In this document: in pieces, positions 17,949 through 25,718 of the stretch | How positions within the stretch are numbered: the first letter of the stretch is position 1 | Layout: every line of letters starts with the position of its first letter | Program-made: the position numbers and the translations under genes | Notes under the pieces: generated by a model | What the model saw: only the letters and a program-made list of their open reading frames with translations | Database searches by the model: none | What the model was told of the DNA's origin: nothing | DNA from: a virus | Virus record (IMG/VR): IMGVR_UViG_3300045988_067813 | Coordinates: 1 to 64,000 of that record | Strand: one strand, 5' to 3' | DNA length: 64,000 bases

Positions 17949-18758
17949 ATGAAATTTAGTGTATCTCGTGTGAACACCTACCTAGAGAATCCTTGGGAGC
18001 ATTGGTGTAAATACATTGCTGGGTATAAAGAGTTACCTTCTCCTGAACGTACAAAGTACATGGATAGAGGTACAGTATTCCACACAGCTATGGAACTAAT
18101 GGCACAGCATGATGGAAAACTCACAGAAGAACAGCTTAAAGAGATGACCCTTAAAGTGCATGAGTTTTCACCATTCAGTGATGAAGCTAGACACACAGGC
18201 TTGCTTGCTGTGGAACGCTATCTTGCAGAAGGTGAAACTGTAGATTTCACCAAGGTAGTAGAAACAGAGAAGAAGATTGAACTTAAATTACCTAATGGTC
18301 ATGAGTTCATTGGATTCATTGATGCTGTGATTGATAATGGTGATGGTACTGTGTCTCTTATTGACTACAAGACCTATAGTGAAGCACCACAAGAAGCCAA
18401 GATGAAGTATAGCCTTCAAGGTAACATGTACATGGAAGTCATGACTAAGCTAGGCTATAAAGTAAAAGATTTCTGCTTTGAATGTGTGAACCCTAAAGAG
18501 GTCTTAAAAGGCAGAATGTATCGTGTGAAGCATATTAAATTCCCTTACAATAAGTATCGTGGAGCTGATATGTTTGAGCAATTCTGTGAATTAACTACAA
18601 TGATTGCCAAAAACCCTAATCTTCGTATGTATACACCACCAGAAAAAAGACAACCTGGAGTATATGACTACTTCTATAAAGTCTATATTGGTGATGTTGT
18701 AGAAGATTTAGATGAATTTATTGAAAAAAGTTTTAAAAAAGTTGAAATTACCTCTTGA
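17949..18758 (+). CDS. PD-(D/E)XK (RecB/Cas4-like) nuclease
   Basis: GFIDAVIDNGDGTVSLIDYKT (D...D-x-K) followed by QGNMY (QxxxY). SD TAGGAGGAAC. Confidence 0.7.
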   Translation: MKFSVSRVNTYLENPWEHWCKYIAGYKELPSPERTKYMDRGTVFHTAMELMAQHDGKLTEEQLKEMTLKVHEFSPFSDEARHTGLLAVERYLAEGETVDFTKVVETEKKIELKLPNGHEFIGFIDAVIDNGDGTVSLIDYKTYSEAPQEAKMKYSLQGNMYMEVMTKLGYKVKDFCFECVNPKEVLKGRMYRVKHIKFPYNKYRGADMFEQFCELTTMIAKNPNLRMYTPPEKRQPGVYDYFYKVYIGDVVEDLDEFIEKSFKKVEITS

Positions 18759-18783
18759 CAAGGTAACACGTTTTTGATAAACT
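18755..18783 (+). promoter_or_regulatory. Promoter TTGACA-17-TGaTAAACT; -35 overlaps the stop codon of the nuclease gene
   Basis: ACCTCTTGACA box. The spacer carries GGTAACACGTTTTTGA, also seen at 1148 and 1228. Confidence 0.6.
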
Positions 18784-18848
18784 AGTCTTGTGGTGGTAGA
18801 GCTAATCACTTTAAACCCTCTACAAATATTATTAAGGAGGTTAGCACA

Positions 18849-19133
18849 ATGGCTAACAAAAAAGAACTATTTGTCTCACTCGCTCAAGAACTTGGAATTG
18901 AATTACCAACTGACTTTCTTGAACCACGTTACATTATCTTCGTAGGTAAGAAACCACGTCGTGTTAAAGCACCATACATTGCTATCAATGCTAATGGAGA
19001 GCTTTCTGGATTCACAGAAGAAGCTGACGTACTTGGTCATGGTACTGACAAGATTGGTAAATTCACTCTTGCTGAAATCGAAGAACGTTTCCCTCAATTC
19101 AATCATGAAGCGTTCCTAGTTAAAGTAGATTAA
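18849..19133 (+). CDS. Hypothetical, probably highly expressed small protein (94 aa)
   Basis: It has its own promoter, a perfect SD TAAGGAGGT and its own terminator. Confidence 0.75.
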   Translation: MANKKELFVSLAQELGIELPTDFLEPRYIIFVGKKPRRVKAPYIAINANGELSGFTEEADVLGHGTDKIGKFTLAEIEERFPQFNHEAFLVKVD

Positions 19134-19140
19134 AGGAGAT

Positions 19141-19170
19141 AGGCTACATAGTTTATCTGTGTAGCCTTAA
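19141..19170 (+). terminator. Hairpin terminator
   Basis: AGGCTACA(TAG)...(CTG)TGTAGCCT gives an 8-11 bp stem, followed by a T-rich tract. Confidence 0.5.
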
Positions 19171-19177
19171 CTTTTAT

Positions 19178-19336
19178 ATGGAATGTAAGATTTTTGAAGA
19201 TAAAAGTAGGCATGACCTTGAAAAAATGATAAATGAATTTATCAAATACAAGGTAGATGTAAGTATATCAATAACTTCTACTAAGTGGGGATACTCTACA
19301 TACTATACAGCTATTGTTTGCTATAAAGTGAGGTAA
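19178..19336 (+). CDS. Small protein, Cse60-like pattern (52 aa; not in track)
   Basis: My translation is MECKIFEDKSRHDLEKMINEFIKYKVDVSISITSTKWGYSTYYTAIVCYKVR. There is no clear SD. Confidence 0.35.
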   Translation: MECKIFEDKSRHDLEKMINEFIKYKVDVSISITSTKWGYSTYYTAIVCYKVR

Positions 19337-19339
19337 GAT

Positions 19340-19519
19340 ATGGCTAAAGATACTTTTACTAAAACGTTTAAAACAGCTAATCAAGAACAGTTTGATGCAA
19401 ACTTAAACAAGTTCCTTAGTAGTGAAGATAAAATTGTCACAAGCGTTAAGTTTGGTGATGGTCGTGTAACTTTTAATGGAATTATTGTAGAAAAAGAAGA
19501 AGAGAAAAAAGATGCTTAA
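19340..19519 (+). CDS. Small protein (59 aa; not in track)
   Basis: MAKDTFTKTFKTANQEQFDANLNKFLSSEDKIVTSVKFGDGRVTFNGIIVEKEEEKKDA. SD GTGAGGT. ATGCTTAA overlap with the DHFR start. Confidence 0.5.
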   Translation: MAKDTFTKTFKTANQEQFDANLNKFLSSEDKIVTSVKFGDGRVTFNGIIVEKEEEKKDA

Positions 19520-19997
19520 GTTTATTTGGGCACAAGATAAGAATGGACTTATTGGTAATAAAGGGAGATTACCTTGGTCTAACAGCGCTGACCTTAACTA
19601 CTTTAAAAACCAAACAACAGGTGGAGTAGTGGTTATGGGTCTAGCTACATGGGTATCAATCGGAAGTAAACCTCTTAAGGGTAGAATCAATGTGGTATTG
19701 ACACACAAAGATGAGATTGATGGCTATGATGATGAGAATGTTTACATTGCTAACTCTGTGGAGGAGGTCTTACAGTTTGAAAAAGAAACTGACCGAGATG
19801 TTTGGGTCATTGGAGGAGCAAGAACATTCAAAGCCTTTGAAGATTACTGTGAGGAAGTAGTAGTAAGTACCATTGATGGAGATTACAGTGGTGATACCTA
19901 CTACACAGGCTTAAAAGATAAGCTCACAGAAGATAAAGTAGTAGTAACAACGAAAGGTGAAGGCTTCACTGTGAAGCACTATAGGTTAGTAGAATGA
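19512..19997 (+). CDS. folA: Dihydrofolate reductase
   Basis: LIGNKGRLPW, VVMGLATWVSIG, RINVVLT, VWVIGGARTF. Confidence 0.85.
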   Translation: MLKFIWAQDKNGLIGNKGRLPWSNSADLNYFKNQTTGGVVVMGLATWVSIGSKPLKGRINVVLTHKDEIDGYDDENVYIANSVEEVLQFEKETDRDVWVIGGARTFKAFEDYCEEVVVSTIDGDYSGDTYYTGLKDKLTEDKVVVTTKGEGFTVKHYRLVE

Positions 19998-20296
19998 TTG
20001 AAGCACTTTTAGCAGTGATTACTGTACTGATTATAGCTCTGTGTGTATCCATTTACTTTCTAATAGTCCTACAAGGCTCTAAAACGTCTCTAGAAGACGA
20101 TAAAGAGCATCTTGGACATATTATAAGCAACTACAGAAAAAGTGAAGAGAGACAAATTGAGAGCCTTCTAGGAGGTATTGATGGTGTCACTTCTGTAAGC
20201 CTATCTCCAATCCGTTACTTGGAGTTGATGAAAGCTGAGGAAGACTTGGCTGAATACAGACTAAAGATTAGGAAGATTGGAGATTATCATGAGTGA
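19994..20296 (+). CDS. Membrane-anchored protein (N-terminal TM)
   Basis: LLAVITVLIIALCVSIYFLIVL. ATGA overlap with DHFR. Confidence 0.6.
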   Translation: MIEALLAVITVLIIALCVSIYFLIVLQGSKTSLEDDKEHLGHIISNYRKSEERQIESLLGGIDGVTSVSLSPIRYLELMKAEEDLAEYRLKIRKIGDYHE

Positions 20297-20381
20297 TGAC
20301 TTATATAAGTTACTAGAACAAGCTCTAATTGTTATCTTTGCTCTCTCCGTGTTTTATATTGACAGACGAGGTAAGAAGTAA
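20289..20381 (+). CDS. Tiny hydrophobic ORF (30 aa; not in track)
   Basis: MSDDLYKLLEQALIVIFALSVFYIDRRGKK. Overlap-coupled at both ends (ATGAGTGA, TAATG). Confidence 0.3.
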   Translation: MSDDLYKLLEQALIVIFALSVFYIDRRGKK

Positions 20382-20767
20382 TGGGCGAAGATATTAGAAA
20401 TCCAGAGCGCTATACACACACAAAATTAGAGTGTTGGGATTTTTGGTTAGATGCTATGCTCAATCCACTAATCTGCTCTGCTGTTAAGTATGTGTGGAGG
20501 TATAAGTACAAGAATGGTTTAGCTGACCTTGAGAAAACAATAGAATTTCTTGAGAAGGCTGAAAACTCAATGTTAGAAGTGTACTATACTGAAAAAGAGT
20601 ATTACCTAGATGATGAAGATGTCAAAGATGGACTTGATGCTACTCAAATTCTTTTTATGAAAGGTGCTACCCTTACTACTAGAAGCTCTACATACCTAAC
20701 AGGTATTGACATTATGAAATATGCCTTAGTAAAACTTATAGAGGAATACAAAACAACAAATGACTAA
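20381..20767 (+). CDS. DUF3310-like phage protein
   Basis: LECWDFW...AVKYVWRYKYKNGLADLEKTIEFLEK matches my recollection of the DUF3310 signature (..KY..R...K.g..DL.KA..YL). Confidence 0.5.
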   Translation: MGEDIRNPERYTHTKLECWDFWLDAMLNPLICSAVKYVWRYKYKNGLADLEKTIEFLEKAENSMLEVYYTEKEYYLDDEDVKDGLDATQILFMKGATLTTRSSTYLTGIDIMKYALVKLIEEYKTTND

Positions 20768-21278
20768 AATTGAATTAGCCCTTGTGATTATTGTAGCTGT
20801 GTACTTTGGATTGAATTTCTTTGTACACCTATATGAATTGCTACATAATTTCAAAGTAATTAAACTAAAGGTACGAGATGATGGTGTGAACCCTGTCAAT
20901 CGTATTGTAGTTGGAGATTGGATTGACCTAGAATCCAACACAAAACTAAGCTATAAAGCTGGTGACACAGTAGTAATTGACTTTGGTGTAGCTATGGAGC
21001 TTCCTAAAGGTTATGAAGCACACATACTACCACGCTCAAGCACTTTCCAAAACACTGGTCTATTACTCACAAACAGTATGGGTGTCATTGATAACTCTTT
21101 CTGTGGAGATAATGACTTTTGGGGTGCTAAGTTCTATGCTACTAGAGAAGGTAGCATTGAGAAAGGTCAACGCTTGTGTCAGTTCAGAATTATGAAGAAC
21201 CAACCTGAGTTACATTTCAAGGAAGTATTGAGCCTTGGTAATGCTGACCGTGGTGGGTATGGTTCAACTGGAAAGTAG
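20760..21278 (+). CDS. dut: Trimeric dUTPase with an N-terminal hydrophobic extension
   Basis: GDWIDLES, LPRSS, GVIDNSFCGDND, QRLCQFRIM, DRGGYGSTGK. It is preceded by LALVIIVAVYFGLNFFVHL. Confidence 0.85.
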   Translation: MTKIELALVIIVAVYFGLNFFVHLYELLHNFKVIKLKVRDDGVNPVNRIVVGDWIDLESNTKLSYKAGDTVVIDFGVAMELPKGYEAHILPRSSTFQNTGLLLTNSMGVIDNSFCGDNDFWGAKFYATREGSIEKGQRLCQFRIMKNQPELHFKEVLSLGNADRGGYGSTGK

Positions 21279-21284
21279 GATAGA

Positions 21285-22028
21285 ATGAAGCTAAAGAAAC
21301 TTAATAAAATTAAGCTACACACAATGACTGTGTTCTATGGAGCACCTGGGTCTGGTAAGTCTAGCTTTATCAACTCATTACCAGGTAATGTATTGATTAT
21401 TGACACAGACCGTGGACTTGCTTCTGTGGAACAAGATGACCGTTTCTCTGTAGCTGAGTGTACTAGCTGGAATGATGTGATTGAAGCTCTAAGCTTTGCT
21501 AAAGACTTTGATAGTATCGCTGTAGACCACTTATCTAATGTTCAAGAGCTTTGCTACAAAGATATTATGGAAACTAATAACGTCAAGAAAATGCTTATTA
21601 ACCATTATGGTGAAGCATCTACTCGCTTGAAAGCATTTATTGATGAGCTTGTGGACTTATCTTATCAAGGTAAGAATGTGTATGTTATTGCACAAGAAAA
21701 GAACTTGAACATTGAAGATGTAGTAGATGAGAATGTACCAGCACAGACTGTACCTAACCTTATGGATAGTGTGGCTAAGTACATTACAGCATCATCTCGT
21801 ATCATTGGTCATACAGAGCGTGTGACTAAATCTAAGATTGTTAAGGGTGAGAAAAAGGTTAAGGACTTCTACCAAGTACGTCTTGCAGGAAATCCTATCT
21901 ATACCCTTAAGGTAACTCGTAAGCCTGGTCTTACAATCCCTGACACAATGGTTAACCCTACATGGGAAGCTGTTGTGGGATTGACTGATGGTAGCACACA
22001 AGCAAAAACGAAAGAGGTTAAAGAATAA
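21285..22028 (+). CDS. AAA_24 / Sak4-like RecA-fold ATPase (recombination)
   Basis: VFYGAPGSGKSSFINSLPGNVLIIDTDRG (P-loop then the D-x-D-x-G typical of AAA_24). Confidence 0.65.
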   Translation: MKLKKLNKIKLHTMTVFYGAPGSGKSSFINSLPGNVLIIDTDRGLASVEQDDRFSVAECTSWNDVIEALSFAKDFDSIAVDHLSNVQELCYKDIMETNNVKKMLINHYGEASTRLKAFIDELVDLSYQGKNVYVIAQEKNLNIEDVVDENVPAQTVPNLMDSVAKYITASSRIIGHTERVTKSKIVKGEKKVKDFYQVRLAGNPIYTLKVTRKPGLTIPDTMVNPTWEAVVGLTDGSTQAKTKEVKE

Positions 22029-22447
22029 TGTCAATTATTACTGTACAAGCAACTAAAAGAGAAGATTTTGCCTATGAACCTGGAAGATATGAAGCGGTTA
22101 TCCAAGGTGTAGAGCAGACTGTATCACGCTCACAGATTGATATGGTTAAAGTAACACTTAAAGGTGACTTTGGTAAAAACGCTCCTCACACAATCACTTC
22201 ATTCATGTTGGATAACAAGATTGGACGTGAACAACTTTATAGCTTACTCTCAGCATTAGGTATGCAAGATGAAGAAGCTGTAGATACTGATGACCTTCAA
22301 GGTAAATATGTAGGTATTGTAATTAAAGAGGGTCAACCTTATAATGACAAACCTTCATGGAACGTTGTAGACTTCTTTGCTCTTGATGAAGATGATTCTG
22401 ATGATGACGTAGATGTAGACACAGACGATTGGTCTGATGCAGAGTAA
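22028..22447 (+). CDS. SSB-like / DUF669-like protein with acidic C-terminal tail
   Basis: Positioned after Sak4-like. C-terminus DEDDSDDDVDVDTDDWSDAE. Confidence 0.45.
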   Translation: MSIITVQATKREDFAYEPGRYEAVIQGVEQTVSRSQIDMVKVTLKGDFGKNAPHTITSFMLDNKIGREQLYSLLSALGMQDEEAVDTDDLQGKYVGIVIKEGQPYNDKPSWNVVDFFALDEDDSDDDVDVDTDDWSDAE

Positions 22448-22631
22448 TTAAATAGTAGGGTGAGTGACTAACAAACTAAACTATAACAGAAGAAAGATTT
22501 AATTTCTAATTAACACCTAGTCACTCCTCTCATAGAGCTGGTAGGAAACACTCCTTAATTTGTTAAATTTTCATGCTGATTTTACCTGTAATACGTTTTC
22601 CTTAAGCCATTAGCAGATTACCTGCCAGTTC

Positions 22632-22660
22632 CATGAGGGGAAGCCCTCGTCATGATTTTT
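22632..22660 (+). terminator. Terminator-like hairpin within the long leader
   Basis: GAGGG-GAAG-CCCTC, with an outer CAT/ATG pairing, followed by ATTTTT. Confidence 0.4.
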
Positions 22661-22883
22661 ACTCTTAATATAATTCTAGCGTGGAAGGATTTTCCTTCCT
22701 AAATGCACACAATTATTTATGGTATCCTCTGTCTCCTGTTTTTTAAAAATGATTGTCATAAATAATAAATTATCAAAAGATTGAATAGCACTCTCAGGGT
22801 AAGTTTCAAATTCATAGTCAAATTCCAATACAGAACGCTTTCGCTTTATAGTAATTAAATTGTGTGCATCTAGGAGGGTAAAT

Positions 22884-23786
22884 ATGTCAATAACATTAGA
22901 TGGTCTTAAAGAGTATGTACTCCTAAGACGTGATGCCTTTGAATACAAGTATGATTTGAATGGTATGAAAAGAAACCCCTTGTACCGTAAGCACTATCCA
23001 AACAACCTTAAATACTTAGATAAAACTTCACAGATTCTAATTAGGACAATGAACAATCACCCTGTACCTATTAGAGAGAAATTACTTACTGTGCTAGTGT
23101 ATCGTTTTGTTGGTGATAAGGACTTTGTGAGAAGACATACGAATAAGCAAGGTATGATAACACTCAAAGAGCTTAATATCTTGGCTAAGAAGCTAGACAA
23201 TGAAAAGACTAGACTAGTACACAGATATGCAACACCACTGAGCAAAAGAGGAATCACAGGGCTTAGTAGAGGAGAGTTCTTACTCGCTGTGGCTTGTGAC
23301 TTCTTGGATAAACTTCCACCAGATAACTTCTACAAGTGGAAGACCTCAGAGATTGCTAGACAGTTCATTGAGTTTGAGAATGTATATGGAATCAGTTATA
23401 CTATGGCTTATCAGTTAGCTTCTGATATAAGTTATATAAATGAGCTGTGTGTTAAGATTGATTTTATAAAGGCTATACCTGAGAGAGCTAGAGAAATGTT
23501 CTCTTACATTACAGGTCAACCTTATAGACTAGAACGCTATGAACAATTCACCTATGAGTTTATGGATTGGTATGCAAACCAAGATTTTCTAGAGAATAAA
23601 GAAAGACTTGTGCTACCTCATGATGTTACACAAATGTTGTTAGGATATAGGCTCTATACTTTTGGAGGAGCACTAATAACTAGACACAGAATAGAACGTA
23701 AGCCTAGAAGAATTACAGGTGGTATTGTTATTTCAAGGAGTATGTATGAGTATTATAAAGAAAGTGTGGATTCTAAAAAGGATTGA
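22884..23786 (+). CDS. Hypothetical protein; weak resemblance to alpha-glutamyl/putrescinyl thymine pyrophosphorylase (aGPT-Pplase) family
   Basis: ATG 22884 after SD TAGGAGGG. The segments NPLYRKHYPNNLKYLDKTSQ, LVYRFVG and GISYTMAYQLASDISY resemble my recollection of aGPT-Pplase motifs. Unverified. Confidence 0.3.
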   Translation: MSITLDGLKEYVLLRRDAFEYKYDLNGMKRNPLYRKHYPNNLKYLDKTSQILIRTMNNHPVPIREKLLTVLVYRFVGDKDFVRRHTNKQGMITLKELNILAKKLDNEKTRLVHRYATPLSKRGITGLSRGEFLLAVACDFLDKLPPDNFYKWKTSEIARQFIEFENVYGISYTMAYQLASDISYINELCVKIDFIKAIPERAREMFSYITGQPYRLERYEQFTYEFMDWYANQDFLENKERLVLPHDVTQMLLGYRLYTFGGALITRHRIERKPRRITGGIVISRSMYEYYKESVDSKKD

Positions 23787-23973
23787 TGAGCTAGGTAATT
23801 GCTACCACACCTTAGAAATTAGTAATTATGTCACACGGAACAAATTCATTAGAGAATGGATTGGAGATGAGACTGTGTACACAAGAACTAAAGAGGGTGA
23901 CGTAGATATTATCCTTAAACGTAACGGAGAGGAGCTGTGGTACTATGAAGACTACCCAGAATCTTACCGCTGA
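23746..23973 (+). CDS. Hypothetical small protein (75 aa)
   Basis: ATG 23746 follows SD CAAGGAG. Confidence 0.5.
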   Translation: MSIIKKVWILKRIDELGNCYHTLEISNYVTRNKFIREWIGDETVYTRTKEGDVDIILKRNGEELWYYEDYPESYR

Positions 23974-24217
23974 TAAAGCATCAGATAAGTATATAGAACT
24001 TGAGAAGCTTTATAAAGAGATTGGTAAGGAGATAAAAGAAACTCTTGACCACAGAAAGCTTAAGAAGCTCAGACGTAAACGTAAGCTCATTAGAGCTGAA
24101 CAGAATATGCTTTACCCTTATATGGTCAACACAGGTTATGTAGCTTACACAGAGCATGTATTAGGTTTAAAGGGTAATCAAGCCCTATATGGCAGATATA
24201 TAAGAGGTAAGAAATGA
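23945..24217 (+). CDS. Hypothetical basic small protein (90 aa)
   Basis: ORF with a lysine/arginine-rich middle (HRKLKKLRRKRKLIR). Confidence 0.55.
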   Translation: MKTTQNLTADKASDKYIELEKLYKEIGKEIKETLDHRKLKKLRRKRKLIRAEQNMLYPYMVNTGYVAYTEHVLGLKGNQALYGRYIRGKK

Positions 24218-24501
24218 TAGACATTGAAATTCTAAGAAGAAAGGCTAAGAGAGGTATCTCATTCCCTAAGCAGACTCCACAGTGGGTTGAATTGTTTGGT
24301 GTGAGATGCCTAGCCATTGGATTTTATAGAGGTGATGAGAGACGTATTCTATTTCTAGCTAATAAACCTACAAGTGGATTCCATAATGGACATAAGATAT
24401 TTAAGTTTATTCTATCGCTAGAAGCTAGATGCTATGAGCTACCATTCACAGGACAAGTAGACTTAGGTATAGAGAAGTTCTCTAGGGGGTTTTATATATA
24501 G
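24214..24501 (+). CDS. Array-2 paralog (ends RGFYI)
   Basis: VRCLAIGFYRGDERRILFLANKPTSGFHNGH aligns with the following four ORFs. Confidence 0.7.
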   Translation: MIDIEILRRKAKRGISFPKQTPQWVELFGVRCLAIGFYRGDERRILFLANKPTSGFHNGHKIFKFILSLEARCYELPFTGQVDLGIEKFSRGFYI

Positions 24502-24510
24502 GAGTATATA

Positions 24511-24822
24511 ATGGAAACATTAGATGAACTAATAAGAAAAATAGAAGATAATTTAGAAGAAGATTGGGTAAAGTTAAAAGAAATTCCAAAGAGGTGTATA
24601 TTAAAGAAAGCCTATGAATTAGTAAATGTGCCTGGTTATTTTGTTACAATATATTATCCAGATAGTGGGGGTGAAGAGTTTTTGTTTATATCGGATGTAA
24701 AGAATAAACAAGAGTTTCATGATGCTCCTTCTTTATTTAAAACAAAATGCTTTAAGCATAGGTGTAGATGGGTATGGGGAAATGACGTAGAAATTGAAGA
24801 GTGTAAGGGTTTTTACATTTAG
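24511..24822 (+). CDS. Array-2 paralog (ends KGFYI)
   Basis: PKRCILKKAYELVNVPGYFVTIYYPDSGGEEFLFISD. SD TAGGAG. Confidence 0.75.
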   Translation: METLDELIRKIEDNLEEDWVKLKEIPKRCILKKAYELVNVPGYFVTIYYPDSGGEEFLFISDVKNKQEFHDAPSLFKTKCFKHRCRWVWGNDVEIEECKGFYI

Positions 24823-24836
24823 GAGAATATGATACA

Positions 24837-25133
24837 ATGGATGAATTGTTTAAAACTATAAAAAGTAACTTAGCTTATTATTATAAGGTAAAACATAAAC
24901 CTAAAAGGTGTTGTCTTAATGATTATCTTGGTTTAATAAAAGAACCTGGATATGTTGTTAAACTAATTCATGATGATGGCTGTGTAGATTTATTATTTAT
25001 AGCTGATGAGAGACAAAAGAAACAAATTTATGGCTATGGTTTTATCATTGAACGGAGTGAAGCATTAGCTAGACGTTGTTTGTTATTAGAAGATAAGGCT
25101 GTTAAAATCATAGAGAAAGGACTATGGATATGA
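24837..25133 (+). CDS. Array-2 paralog (ends KGLWI)
   Basis: PKRCCLNDYLGLIKEPGYVVKLIHDDGCVDLLFIADE. SD TAGGAG. Confidence 0.75.
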   Translation: MDELFKTIKSNLAYYYKVKHKPKRCCLNDYLGLIKEPGYVVKLIHDDGCVDLLFIADERQKKQIYGYGFIIERSEALARRCLLLEDKAVKIIEKGLWI

Positions 25134-25414
25134 CGAATATAGAAAAAGTAATAAAAGCTATTAAAGAGAAAGGGTTTACTATTATACAATATCCTTGTGA
25201 TGCTTCTATACAAAAGGAAGATGAGGAACAAGTATTCTTTGGTAAAACTCCTTTTGGAGAAAATGTATATGAATTGTTTATAAATAATGAGCCTGATGGA
25301 CGTAATTTCCATAATGGTTGCTCAGTGTTAGGTAGTCACAATAGAATACCAGATATAATATGGTTTAAAGAAGTACATGATAAAATAACTATACTTGGAC
25401 AGTTTTATATTTGA
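25124..25414 (+). CDS. Array-2 paralog (ends GQFYI)
   Basis: Similar length and C-terminus. ELFINNEPDGRNFHNG resembles ANKPTSGFHNGH. Confidence 0.65.
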   Translation: MDMTNIEKVIKAIKEKGFTIIQYPCDASIQKEDEEQVFFGKTPFGENVYELFINNEPDGRNFHNGCSVLGSHNRIPDIIWFKEVHDKITILGQFYI

Positions 25415-25424
25415 GGGTATAAAG

Positions 25425-25718
25425 ATGGAAAAACATCAAGAGGAATATTTAGAATTATTAAAAGATAAGTATGTAATAAATAATATCTACCAAAGAGTTA
25501 CTTATAAAAGAGTTAAAGGTATAGTTGATATTGGGATTGCAGTAGAAGTAAAAAATTTAGATACTGGGACAGTATTTGCAGTATTCATAGCAGACAAGCC
25601 AAGAAAGTATTTACATAAGTTTGCATCACGATTAGAGAGTGGACATCTACCACCTTGTGTGTGGCTTGCTAAATTATCTGATAAAGAATTTGAGATACAT
25701 AAAGGATTCTTCATATAA
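25425..25718 (+). CDS. Array-2 paralog (ends KGFFI)
   Basis: ATG 25425 follows SD GAGGG. GTVFAVFIADKPRKYLHKF aligns with LLFIADERQKKQ. Confidence 0.7.
   Translation: MEKHQEEYLELLKDKYVINNIYQRVTYKRVKGIVDIGIAVEVKNLDTGTVFAVFIADKPRKYLHKFASRLESGHLPPCVWLAKLSDKEFEIHKGFFI

Noticed and set aside
22448-22883. Group I/II intron or intein-type interruption
   Set aside because: The flanking ORFs are complete and unrelated: an acidic-tail terminus upstream and a separate SD and ATG downstream. There is no intron-encoded ORF, and I could not find split halves of one gene.
22676-22948. Minus-strand 90-aa ORF, the only antisense ORF in the early block not fully nested in another gene
   Set aside because: It has a TTG start and no SD. 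It overlaps the SD and start of the plus-strand gene at 22884, and most of it coincides with the structured leader. I think the RNA-structure explanation is more likely, but expression data could revive it.
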